Assembly: GCF_006345805.1 (NCBI RefSeq)
Contig: NC_042997.1
Location: 211,234,001 to 211,298,000, forward strand
Reading direction: 5' to 3'
Origin: Octopus sinensis
Lineage: Eukaryota
Length of the DNA: 64,000 bases
Shown here piece by piece: positions 53,366-64,000 of this stretch. The notes below the pieces were generated by a model. That model saw nothing but the letters and a program-made list of their open reading frames with translations. It searched no databases and had not been told where the DNA came from. Positions within the stretch are counted from its first letter, which is position 1. Each line of letters begins with the position of its first letter. The position numbers and the translations under genes are program-made.

Positions 53366-54044
53366 TATATATATATATATATATTCTTATATATGTGTAT
53401 ATATATGCATGTGTGTGTGCATGTATACATGTATGCACACACACAATCATGCCAATTTCACAAGCCTCTCCAGTCTAAGAGATCTGTCTGTGAACGTACA
53501 TTCTAAAATATCTTGAATTGATTTGTCAATACTTTCAATAATTCTCTCATTGATGGAAACACAAAATAAAAGAAAAAAATTCCTGCCTAAATTCTAAAGA
53601 AACCATTGTTCTGAAGAGAGCGTTGGATTTAGTGTTGATGGTAATTGTAGAAATATGGTCAGATGGAACCGAAAGACTTGAAGAGCAACAAACAGTTACA
53701 GAAAGATGATTGCAGGATCAATAAGGGATCAATAACAGATATTGATTGTAGTCATTTGACACACAATGATTTTAATAAATATTAATTAGGTTCGTTAAAT
53801 TTGTTATTTACTGAGCAAATCAAAACTCTAAAGTACATTCTTGCTTCAAATGTTACACAGCAATTCCACAGACATATCTGATGTGCCCATGGACATACAA
53901 ACAGACACACACACACACATGTATATGTGTAAGTGTATCTATGAGTGTGTATATGTGTGCACATGGATGTGTGGGTGTGTGTATACATGTAAGTATTGTG
54001 TGTTTACGGATGGTCTGTTTGTGTGTCGACTGGCTTCTGTTGGC

Positions 54045-55103
54045 ACAATGCAAGATGAAGGCTTATTAGAAATATGAGACAATATTTTATGGCTACTGCT
54101 AAAACTGTTGTAACAATAATGGTCTGAATAGTAAAATGGGAGGGCATCAACAGGGAAATGGCAAAGAAGACCTGATACAGTATGCTGCTAGTGCAGAAGG
54201 AGTTAACAAAAATGGACTTGAGGGTAATCATGAATTCCGACCATGAACAGCCGACGAGAGAGAAGAAACCCTACTCTGTATGGAATTACACGGTCAGTTC
54301 CACTGTGGAACCAACAAATTAAAAGACAGAGAAGCATCATAGAGGTGGCTCAACAAGGGCGACCTAATAAAAAATACTGAAAGCCTAATCATTGCGGCCA
54401 GGACCGGGCATTGAATAGCAACTCAGTGAAAAAGAATATATACCACACGAGTGATTCAGACCTCTGCAGAAGGTTGAAAGCGTGAGTCACATTGTCAGAG
54501 CTTGAGAAAGTCTTGCACAGAAAGAGTACAAGCGTGGATATGACAAGGTAGCTGAAAACCTCCACTGGCTACTATGCCGTAAGTATGGATATGAGGTTAC
54601 GGGTGCTTGGTACCAACATACACCGGAAAAGGTAATGGACGAAAAGGGGAAGGCAAAAATCCTCTGGGACTTTGATTTCCAGATAGACGAAGTGTTAAAG
54701 CACCAAAGGCCAGGTATAGTAACCTTTAGGAGGGACAAACAAGAGTGGCTGTGCCAGGAGATCAACTTATCATCGTGAAAAAAAGAGAAAAGGTGGATAA
54801 ATATGGAGAGCTGAGAATTGAGATTGCTAAGATGTGGCAGGTACAAGAGTCGAACATAAAGGTTATCCCTATTGTCATCAGAGTATTGGGTTCAATACCA
54901 TCCCATCTGAAAACTTTAGAAATACCCTACAATCTAGGTGTATTGCAGAAGTCGGCATTACTTGGAATTGGATGCATATTGTGTAAAGTACTGTTGGTCT
55001 GAGGTCCTTGTTGTGACTTGACAAACAGTACAAACCCCCGGTAGACACAATATCTTCAATCAACAAATTCACGGTACTGTATGATGTCTATAATAATAAT
55101 AAT
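54045..55103 (+). mobile_element. R4/Dong-like RLE non-LTR retrotransposon 3' fragment
   Basis: HGQF, LHWLLCRKYG, WYQHTPEKV, KILWDFDFQ, RPxIV, AVPGD, KVDKYGEL, KVIPIVIxxLG, LQKSALLG; (TAA)n tail at ~55090. Frameshifted. Confidence 0.85.
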
Positions 55104-56581
55104 CCTTTCTACTATAGACACAAGACCTGAAATTTGGAGGAGGGGGGATACTTAATTACATCGATCCCCAGACTATAACTGGTACTTATTTTATTGGCCC
55201 TGAAAGGATGACAGGCATAATTGACCTCAGCAGACTTTGAACTCAGAACAGACAAATGAAATGCCACTAATGGTTCTGTGAGCTCATCATCTTAATTGAA
55301 ATATTAATATTAAAGGCAATTTAAAGCCCAAATAGAGAGAGATGGAATGTGTCAAATGATGTTAATAATATTTTACTGAGAAATAATTAATTAATTAATT
55401 ATAATCAATTTTGAGCATTAAATTCCATAAAATATCTGATATAAAAATAGGTTTCTATAGAATGCAAGTATAGAATTCTAATCTCGAAACTCGAAAAATT
55501 GGATGCTTTAGCAGCATTGGTAAATGAGAAGAGCATCCGTGTTAGGAATCAGTAGAATCTAAGAAAGGGTCAGACTAGAATTCCGTTGCAATCATTCTGA
55601 TTAGGAGTCAAAACTAACTTCATTTCTTGTAAAACCACACAGCTAAAGGAATTGGCAATAGATCTTTTATGGCGCTTACCGATTTGGGAGTTGGTTCATT
55701 CATGCATTTTCTTCCCTCCCTACTTGGCGCTGTCATCTGTCTTTGATAGCAACGTTACAATATAAAACTTCTCTGCCACTTACAGAAATTGAACCATCAG
55801 ATCAAACTTTCATGAAAAGTCAAGAATTTAGTGTTGAGAAAAATGGAAAATTTAATTTTAGCATCTGGACATAACTAAAAATTGATTGACAGACAAACTT
55901 TTCAAAGCTCAAACAAGTCAAGCGGTTGAGAGAGTGAACGAAGGGAGGTAACCGCGATAGTCCTGTCAGCCTCATTTGACGGTTTTGCTTTAGCTTAATG
56001 GAACAGAATCCGATTGTAGAAGGAAAAGTTTAAGTTAGAGAATCTAATATTTAATTTTAAAAAACAGGAATATTTTTATGGTATTCTAAATCCCTTCTGA
56101 GGGAATATGATTCTGTTTTAAAGATAGACAAAAAGCCTAATTTTTCTTGTTAAAAGTAATGACAGACCCCCTCCCACACGCCCACCCACAACGATCAAGA
56201 TTGCATTTGAAGCTAAATCGTCATCATCATCGTTTAACGTCCACTTTCCATGCTAGCATGGGTTGGACGGTTCGACCGGGGCCTGGGAAGCCAGGGGCTG
56301 CACCAGGCTCCAGTCTGCTCTGGCAGTGTTTCTACAGCTGGATGCCCTTCCTAATGCCAACCACTCCGCGAGTATAGTGGGTGCTTTTTACGCGCCACCT
56401 GCACAGGTGCCAGGGGAGTCTGGCAGCGGCCACGATCGGTTGGTGCTTTTAACGTGCCACCGGCACGGGAGCCAGCCAAGGCGGCGCTGGCATCGGCCTA
56501 AATCTAAATAAATTATCTAAAATATTTAAAAAATCGATTATGTTTTATTGCAGCTATATTATTTCATGTCTGTGCGTGTAG

Positions 56582-56621
<40 letters not shown>

Positions 56622-56883
56622 TATATATATATGTTTTCTCATTAACAGAGCGTTCTGTCGATGTGTGACGTTGGTAGAACTTCAAGGAATTAATTCTAAC
56701 AAAACGTCATTTGGGAGGATGATTGTTGTTGTTCTTGCTGTTGTTAGCCTTAGATTTTAGTTGAAGAAATTCAAATGAGGAAATGGTGATAAACAAGCGA
56801 AACCTTGTGAAATTATAACAGGGGTGATGTGAAACGTCTGTGGAATCGGTAACCACAGCAACGAGACTGGATAAAACATGATT

Positions 56884-56984
56884 TCATAAACAATATTTGT
56901 GTTTCATCAAGGTTAAATAGTCTGCTTTCGACTGAGACAAGGCGTTGTTTAACTCAATCAGGCCCAAAGGTTTTACGGCAGAAC
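56884..56984 (-). CDS. Terminal coding exon of the same unidentified gene
   Basis: Long T tract plus tttgcAG|GT, phase 1 compatible. Encodes (G)SAVKPLGLIELNNALSQSKADYLTLMKHKYCL then TGA. Confidence 0.75.
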
Positions 56985-57477
56985 CTGCAAAAATAAAAAC
57001 AAAAAAAAAAGATTAATCTACAATAAATCATTAATCCACAGTAAATCCACTTTAGTCCAATAAAAACAGAAAACAAGTGGTTTCAACCATTGAACCATGG
57101 CTACGCTGAGGCAACATCATCAACTTGTTGGATGTTGCTCCAGCATAGCCACAGCTACCCATTGATTTTTAACTTCAATTTATTGATCTCAGATGAATGA
57201 TTGACCAAAATCAATGTCGTCAAAAATATCTACTCAGAACATAAAGGGAGATAAGCAAATGCGTCCAGTTATTGTACTCCGATAGTCTCCCCTTTTGCTA
57301 TCTCCCCATCGTATTTTATACAACTTCCTACAATCTCAAAGTCTTCGATTCTACGATTGATTATTTTATATTATACAGATTCTTTAATATTTTCCTATCC
57401 TCCAACCCACCCTCTCACTTCTTATTTACTATTTTTCCTTTGCTGTTTACTAGTTTTATTAACACAACACATTTTAA

Positions 57478-58040
57478 ATAATAATAAAACATTGTGTACA
57501 GTGCTCAGGTGCACTACAACTCATCTAAAGTGTATGTATAATCAGGTGTAGTTTCGGCGGATTTCGGAAAGCATGAGGGCCTTAAAGGATGCAGTGTCAT
57601 GGCAGTCAACAACTGATGCAGGCAGTTTATTCCATGCTTCAGCAACTCTGAGCGTGAAAAAATGTTTCCGAAAGTCATGGGAGCTGTGTTGTTTTCTGAC
57701 TTTGTAGGCATGTCCACGTGTGTTAGACACATGGAGATCAAAAAGGTGTTCAGTGTTGTTGTTGGTGAGGTGGTTGATAACTTTGTGGGTGTTTACCAAG
57801 TCCGTCGCCAGACACCGGAGCTTCAGTGAATCCATGCCCAGGGAAACAAAGCGCTCAGAATATGGTGGGTGTCTGATGGAGGGTATGCGTTTGGTTGCAC
57901 GTCTCTGGACAGATTCCAGGAGGTCAATGTTCTGAGCAAGATAGGGGTTCCAAACTGATGATGCGAATTCCAAGTGTGGTCATACCATAGCTGTATACAG
58001 TTTTAAATAGATGGCTGGAGAGCGGCTAACAAAAGTCTTT
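57478..58040 (-). mobile_element. CR1-clade LINE 3' fragment
   Basis: LEFASSVWNPYL...LESVQRRATK...TRGHAYK...FFTLRVAEAWNKLP, the canonical CR1 ORF2 C-terminus. Confidence 0.9.
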
Positions 58041-58549
58041 TGTTTTGGGTTTTTGTCGTGCTTGAGAAGAAGACCCATCAAGCTGAGCAAAATCACAGTC
58101 GTGGCAGATACTGATGTCACGCAAATGGCACTTATGCTGGTGGCACGTAAAAGCACTCTCGGAGTGGTTGGCATTAGGAAGGGCATCCAGCTGTAGAAAT
58201 CATGCCAAACCAGACTGGAGTCTTCCAACTTACCAGCCCTGCTCAAACCATTCAACCCATGCCAGCATGGACAACGAACGTTAAATGATGATGATGATGA
58301 TGATGACATCATACAGGTGTCACATTCTTCTCTTGGAAATGAGATTCAAAGTGGCATTGGCAGCAAGCGTGAAGTCCTAAAAAGACTTGGAGATGTGGCT
58401 GGTACAGTTGTGAACTCATTGGAGTGTTTGGTGCCGCCAATATCTGTGCAGGAGACCAAAGGTTCAGGTCTTTCAGTCCCTCTATTGTTGTGACACTTGG
58501 ATCCAAAAGTTATCGCCACATTTGTTAGATTTCTATTTTCATAAAGTAA

Positions 58550-59464
58550 TGTCAGGAGTTATTAGATTAGTTAAATATCCCGTGATCCGTTTCCTCATCA
58601 ATTTCAGTTTCTATTGCCTATCCGTTCTTTGTTGAATGTTTTGTAGCAAACTCTAGTGAACTTCCTCTCTCTATTATATAACAGACTTACGAACGTAGCA
58701 GGTAGCAGCTAACCTTTGGTCTCTTTTGGACCTCGTTGTGTCTACCTCTCTGATTGGTTGATATTGGTGCAATTTGTCTCTTACTCTATCGCGCACCGAT
58801 ATGCAATCCAACCAATCGCAGCCTTCAAATAAGTCATGTGAGACAGTCTGTTCCAAACAAGCATTTGAGCCTACTCGACAGCTTTAAAAGCCCACCTACT
58901 CCTAGTCTCAACGTCATTTAGTTCCAGACTGTCTAAGGTCTAACCACTGACCACATTGCGGCGACCTCCATCTTCGTCTCTCACCAACATCTACACAGCA
59001 CCAACACACTGCACTGGTTCTAGTACATCGCTGTTTGTGATCTTCTCACCAGGGTTAACAGCTAACATACAACCCACGCAGATGCATGTACACACATGAA
59101 CAAATGTACGTCAACCATTCAGCTCGTGTGTACCTTCTTTCCTTCTCCTATGTTTCCGACGAAGAGCTCCACTCGAAACGTTAAACCCTCCTTCTTTCCT
59201 TCTTTCCTGAGCATCCAATAATACTATATTTGTTCCACGTCCTCACGTTGTTGTGTTTTTTTTGTGCTTTCTTGTTTGGATTAACTTTATATATATATAT
59301 ATATATATATACACGTGTGACCACAATAAACGTATTTAAAGTTACCACCTTGTGGTTTATATATTGTTTACCAGGTTCCTACCGAACCACACAACAGCCT
59401 TCTGAGTAGAGTCAGATTAGATGGAATACAACCCATTCAACTAAAGTGGTGACCCCCGACGTGA
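58550..59464 (+). mobile_element. LTR retrotransposon remnant with tRNA-Trp primer-binding site
   Basis: TGGTGACCCCCGACGTGA at 59447-59464 is complementary, with one extra C, to the 3' end of eukaryotic tRNA-Trp. AATAAA ~120 bp upstream. The TG start at 58550 is a guess. Confidence 0.5.
59153..59185 (+). ncRNA. Degenerate minimal hammerhead motif in a PLE pLTR-like fragment
   Basis: ttt CCGACGA agagctccactc GAAA cgt taaa. The core deviates from CUGANGA at U4, so it is probably inactive. Palindromic ACGT stem III; the fragment ends in (TA)n at ~59290. Confidence 0.45.
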
Positions 59465-60005
59465 GGTGGACACTAACCATCTAAAATGGTGTATCATGGG
59501 GGAGGTCGCCTTACTGGCACCATATCCTCACTCATTGAACCACGACACAGGACAACAAACTGTCCATAAAACAACACAGACGACTTTCGAAAATTTCTTT
59601 TACATTTTACAGACTTGCAAATGTGTGTGTGTGTGTGTATTAACATCCATTTATTCCGAGTGGCTGTCCATCTTATTCTTCCAAAAATTCCTTCGACTGG
59701 AATGCTCTGCCATTTCCTCATCCAACATCCTCCATACGCATTATAATCCCAACCGCTCTTCAGCAGTCTCTCTTCTCCAATGCCAAATCCATTTTCCTTG
59801 CCTCTATTTTAGAGCAGTTGACGAGGGGATGGGGAGAGGGATGGGAACAAAGACAATGATGATGATGAGGATGATGATAAAGGCAAATGGAGATGATGAG
59901 GAGGTGGATGGAAATGATGGTGGCAAGGGGGGAATGAGAGGAGGAGGGTGATGGTGATGAGGATGCCATGTCAGTGCTATAAGAATATGAAATGGTAGCA
60001 CTCAC

Positions 60006-60074
60006 CTTGCAGTACAGTCAATGGCGACATTTTCATATATGTGGGGTCACATGACAGTTGTTCATCAAAAGGAG
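60006..60074 (-). CDS. Penultimate coding exon of the same unidentified gene
   Basis: cattgcAG|CT...CAAG|GTgagt; phase 1 at both ends. Encodes (P)PFDEQLSCDPTYMKMSPLTVLQ(G). Confidence 0.78.
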
Positions 60075-60189
60075 CTGCAATGAGACATTTTGCTCTAATT
60101 AATGTAATTACTGTAATTATAATAAACATAGAAAAAGCCTTTGAACTACTAATTTTCATAATTTATTCAAATGTCAGAATGTTAGGAAG

Positions 60190-61170
60190 ATTAACAGAGA
60201 GTCTTTGTGTGTGGCAAACGTGTGGATAGAATGGGCACTAAAAATGCGCAGACTCTCCCAAATGCTCAGAGGGGGGGGGTCATTAGATGTAGTAGATAGC
60301 CTCTGTTACCTAGGAGACCAACTTAACGGTGGGGAAGGGAGTTCTGAAGGTGTAATTGCAAGGATAAAAACGGGCTGGGCTAAATTCAGAGAGCTTCTAC
60401 CTTTGTTCGTAACTAAGAGCCTCTCCCCCAGGGTGAGAGGCAGATTATATAATGCCTGTGTACATACAGCTATGCTATGTGGCAGTGATACATGTAGCTA
60501 TGCTACATGTCTCACTGACTACAGAGGACTTGCAAAGAGGACTACAGGGAACTTGCGAAGACTTGAAAGGAATGAAGCCAGGATGCTCTGCTGGGTGGGT
60601 GATGCCAGTGTGCGTGTATGACAGGGTGTAAATGGTTTAAGAGGAAAACTGGGTAGAAGAGGCATCGGATGTTGTGGTGCAAGAGAGAAGACTGCGCTGG
60701 TCTGGCTATGTGATGTGTATGGGTGAGGACAGTTGGGTAAAGAAGTGCTGAGCTGTAATTGTAGAGGGAAATTGTGGTAGGAGTAGACCCAGGAAGACAT
60801 GGGATGAGGTGGTGAGAAAGGATCTTTGGACGCTGGGCCTCACTGAGGAAATGACAAGGGGTTGGGAGATGTGGTGATTTGTTCTACTTCATAAAATGGG
60901 CCAAGTTAAGTGAAATCACCATCTTCCACACACACAGGCTTGTTCTTTCAGGTGCCGGTGCCACTTCAACGGCACCTGTGCCACCAGTGCTGCATTAACG
61001 CACCCAAGCTGGTGCTATGTACTCTGTGAAGAGGCTGGTGTTAGGAAAGGCATCCAGCCATAGAAACCATGCCTCAACAGACAGATGGAGTCTGGACAGC
61101 CGGCCCCTGTTGGCTAGCTCCATGCCAAGCTGTCCAACCCATGCCAGCAGGAAAAAAACAGACGTTAAAC
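60190..61170 (+). mobile_element. RTE LINE 3' fragment, degenerate
   Basis: LDVVDSLCYLGDQL...GWAKFRELLPL...GRLYNACV, followed by the same 3' tail. Confidence 0.85.
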
Positions 61171-61583
61171 AATGTTTTTCTGTAATTAATTGCAAACATT
61201 AATTAATATAATTAATTCTCTTCTAAATCAGATGTTGACAGATTGAAGTGTGACAGAGACACAGAAACAGGTGTGTTGGTGCAGAGGAGGAGGAGGGATC
61301 TTGTTGGCCCAGTAGGGAAAGGGGAAAAGATGGTGGAGATGAGGTGTTGGGGAAGGTGGGAGGCATATCTGCAAGGAACAACAAGAAGATTGATAACGAG
61401 AGAAAAGGGACAGAGAATGAAGAATGGCTCGACAGCATATGAAAGGCATGAGAGGAGAGGGTCGAGATGAGGATAGAAGGAAATGCAGTGAATTGAGAAG
61501 TGGGGACACACGGTCGATGGTGAACGTCAGTTTATGGAGGGATGGGCAGTGAAAAGAGGAACATTGTCGAAATAAATTCTTAC

Positions 61584-61765
61584 GGGCTTCCAGATGTCTT
61601 TTAATGCTTCGATGCATCTCTTCTTTGAGTTTGCCATAGACATCGTTGTATTCCTGGTTCACTTGACCCACTTCACTTGGGGTAGAATTCATACTGGCAT
61701 TTCTTGCGTGAAACTTTGATGAAGAATTCAGAATGGAACTGTTGAGATCAAGGGGAGACTTCTCC
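61584..61765 (-). CDS. Internal coding exon of an unidentified gene (tyrosine-motif-rich tail)
   Basis: Minus strand ttgtttatttcAG|G...GAAGCCC|GTaaga. Open frame EKSPLDLNSSILNSSSKFHARNASMNSTPSEVGQVNQEYNDVYGKLKEEMHRSIKRHLEA; ends in phase 1. Confidence 0.75.
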
Positions 61766-61962
61766 CTGAAATAAACAAGGTGGACGTACACAAATCACAC
61801 AAAACAAAGAATACATTAGCTTGTATTCGTAATAGACATAACCTCGTTAACTATTAATGAAGATGTTAACATATTCAGAGGACTAATTAATTCTTGCAGT
61901 TCTTTCAATTACAACATTTTAGGTTATTTTTTTCATGAGAAGATGGATACAACAAAGTGAAT

Positions 61963-61993
<31 letters not shown>

Positions 61994-62296
61994 AGTGTGT
62001 AACTACAATTAATCAATGTTATATACCTCTAGTGTTTGCTTGGCACCTAAAAGATTCTCCTGCAGCAGGGGACAGGCAGACTCATCAAAGAAATCATAAA
62101 CCCTTGCCTAAACATAAATGGTTTCCGTGATAAATGTTGACCCCATTTATTTTGGGGGAAAAGATTGTGTTGATGACACAGTGCCCGAAACCCTTCATTG
62201 GTTAAATCCCCTTTTCAACCCCTTCAACTATTTACATGGCCAATGTGTTTGTCTCCTACACTTCTGTGGCTTGATTCTATGTACAGTTAACTTTTA

Positions 62297-63043
62297 CTAG
62301 TAGGACCCATGAATATTTGACGGGATTAATAGTAAACCTATTGAGTTATTCCTGAAAACTTTATCCAGAAAATCTGAAAGCAGAGCCTGTGTAGTGTCTG
62401 TATCAGAAGATAGTCTCCCGTCTGTTATTCAGTGAAAAGTGAAGGAAATTGGAGTCCAATGATTACTTAATGCACTTTATATACAGTTTATATATACAGT
62501 TTATATATACAGTTTATATATACAGTTTATATATACAGTTTATATACAATTTATGCACAGGTCTCTAGATTTAATACACAGCAATCATAAAATAAATATT
62601 TACTCTTACTTTTCCATTTTCCCCATAAACAGAAAAAATTACATTTTAAAATTTGCATGGCCACAATTTCATATCTAAAACACAAAACTTTTATAGTAAA
62701 AAAAAATTATTCTATATGTTAAACATAGGGGTCACAATTTCACGGGGGTAAAAACTGAATGCAACATGGCATACTCTGAAAACCAGATTGTTGGTAACTT
62801 TCAAGCCAAGGCGATGGGTCAGAACCAATACACATTTCAATTTGCGTACATCTTTCAATCCAATACTTCTTGGCAGATTATGTTCTTCATATAAGTTCTC
62901 CCTCTTCTTTTCAGTGTCTGTTTGTCAATGTTGGTAACTTTTTTGCGACCCTTTGAGAATGCAACATATAGCTGACCATGGCCAAATACAGGTTCAGCCA
63001 AGAACAGCCCCACTTCACCAAATGTCGGCCCTTGTGATTTATT
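62297..63043 (-). mobile_element. Helitron 3' fragment with Pif1 helicase C-terminus and intact 3' end
   Basis: NKSQGPTFGEVGLFLAEPVFGHGQLYVAFSK...MKNIICQEVLD* matches RepHel helicase motifs V/VI. 3' hairpin cccgtcaaatattcatggg + tccta + CTAG|T at 62297. Internal ~14-bp minisatellite at ~62476-62555. Confidence 0.85.
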
Positions 63044-63465
63044 GTACCCTGAATTCATCACTATACTTATTGTCAGCCATCACCTTAATGACAGTATCCA
63101 TGTATAAGGCTTGTACAGCTCATGCCAACCACTCCTACTCCTAGTTTCTGTATTGCCCACCAGATAAGGGATCAGGGGACCCTGCCAAAGGCTTTCTCCA
63201 TGTCAACAAAGACCAAATGCAGACGTTTATCTTTGACCATGTTTTTCACCTGTAGTTGCCTCACCAGCAAGATAGCATCAGAAGTGCTTCTTTCAGGTAC
63301 AAAACCAAACTATGCCTTATCTCAGCTAATTAATTCCTAATTAACTCCTAATTAATTGAGCATTGACCCAACCCTTTCTGTAACTTTCATCCCTTGCTCT
63401 AGCAATTTGATACCTGTGTAATTATGTCTGTCTCAGGTATCACTTTTACCTTTGTAGCAACATCA
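63044..63465 (-). mobile_element. RTE LINE RT fragment, abutting the Helitron fragment
   Basis: Reverse complement resembles 45780-46190 (FGFVPERSTSDAILLVRQLQ, VDMEKAFGRVP). Confidence 0.8.
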
Positions 63466-63647
63466 TTAACACCCATTTTCCATGCTGGCATGGATGGATT
63501 GACAGGGAACTGGCCAGCTGGAACACTGCATTAGACACCAATGTCATCTTTGGCATGGTTTCCACAGCTGGATGCTCTTCCGAACACCAACCACTTAACT
63601 GAGTGTATTGAGTACTTTACTTGCAGCACTGAGTTCATTATAATATT

Positions 63648-63875
63648 GCGGCGAGCTGGCAGAACCATTAGCACGCCAGGCGAAATGCTTAGCGGTATTT
63701 CGTCTGTCGTTACGTTCTGAGTTCAAATTCCACCGAGGTCGACTTTGCCTTTCATCCTCTCGGGGTCGATAAATAAAGTACCAGTTTTGCACTGGGTCAA
63801 TGTAATCGACTTAATCCCCTTGTCTGTCCTTGTTTGTCCCCTCTGTGTTTGGCCCCTTGTGAGTAGTAAAGAAAT
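63648..63875 (+). mobile_element. tRNA-derived SINE (second family)
   Basis: ggcgagctggcagaa...gagttcaaattcc...gaggtcgactttgcctttcatcc...gtaccag. Related copies at ~24105-24270, ~28230-28385, 27400-27791 and ~55105-55290. Confidence 0.85.
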
Positions 63876-64000
63876 ATATAATATTGCTACACCAGTTGTT
63901 GAGTATGAGTCCCTCATGGATGATGCAATTAACTAAAGGGGTGACCAGGCCATCTCCCACTTCACCTGATGTGTGTGTGTGTGTTAGTGAGTAGAACAAA

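Overview
Eukaryotic, AT-rich, repeat-dominated animal genomic DNA. The SINE and RTE families and the very long (TA)n/(CA)n tracts look like Octopus; this is from recognition, not a search. Gene 1 (+ strand) is the last four coding exons and 3' UTR of a ZER1/zyg-11-family Cul2 substrate adaptor (4847-4914, 7007-7195, 8580-8677, 20554-20825; all splice phases are compatible). Gene 2 (- strand, convergent) is the last three coding exons of an unidentified protein whose tail carries tyrosine motifs such as YMKM and YLTL (61765-61584, 60074-60006, 56984-56884). A ~16 kb array of a ~212-bp satellite (about 75 copies, 29177-45146) lies between them. The rest is RTE, CR1, R4/Dong-like and L1/Tx1-like LINE fragments, tRNA-derived SINEs, two Helitrons, a piggyBac-type MITE, foldback MITEs, an LTR remnant with a tRNA-Trp PBS, and one 100-N gap. 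The most unusual structure is in the last ZER1 intron: a multi-kb palindrome centred on a Penelope-like GIY-YIG endonuclease fragment. Beside it are a head-to-head pair of type I hammerhead ribozymes and a third copy about 1.37 kb downstream, all embedded in (TA)n. This is either a real Penelope/ribozyme foldback system or a long-read foldback assembly artefact. Repeat boundaries are approximate; exon, terminal-repeat and ribozyme coordinates were counted by hand.
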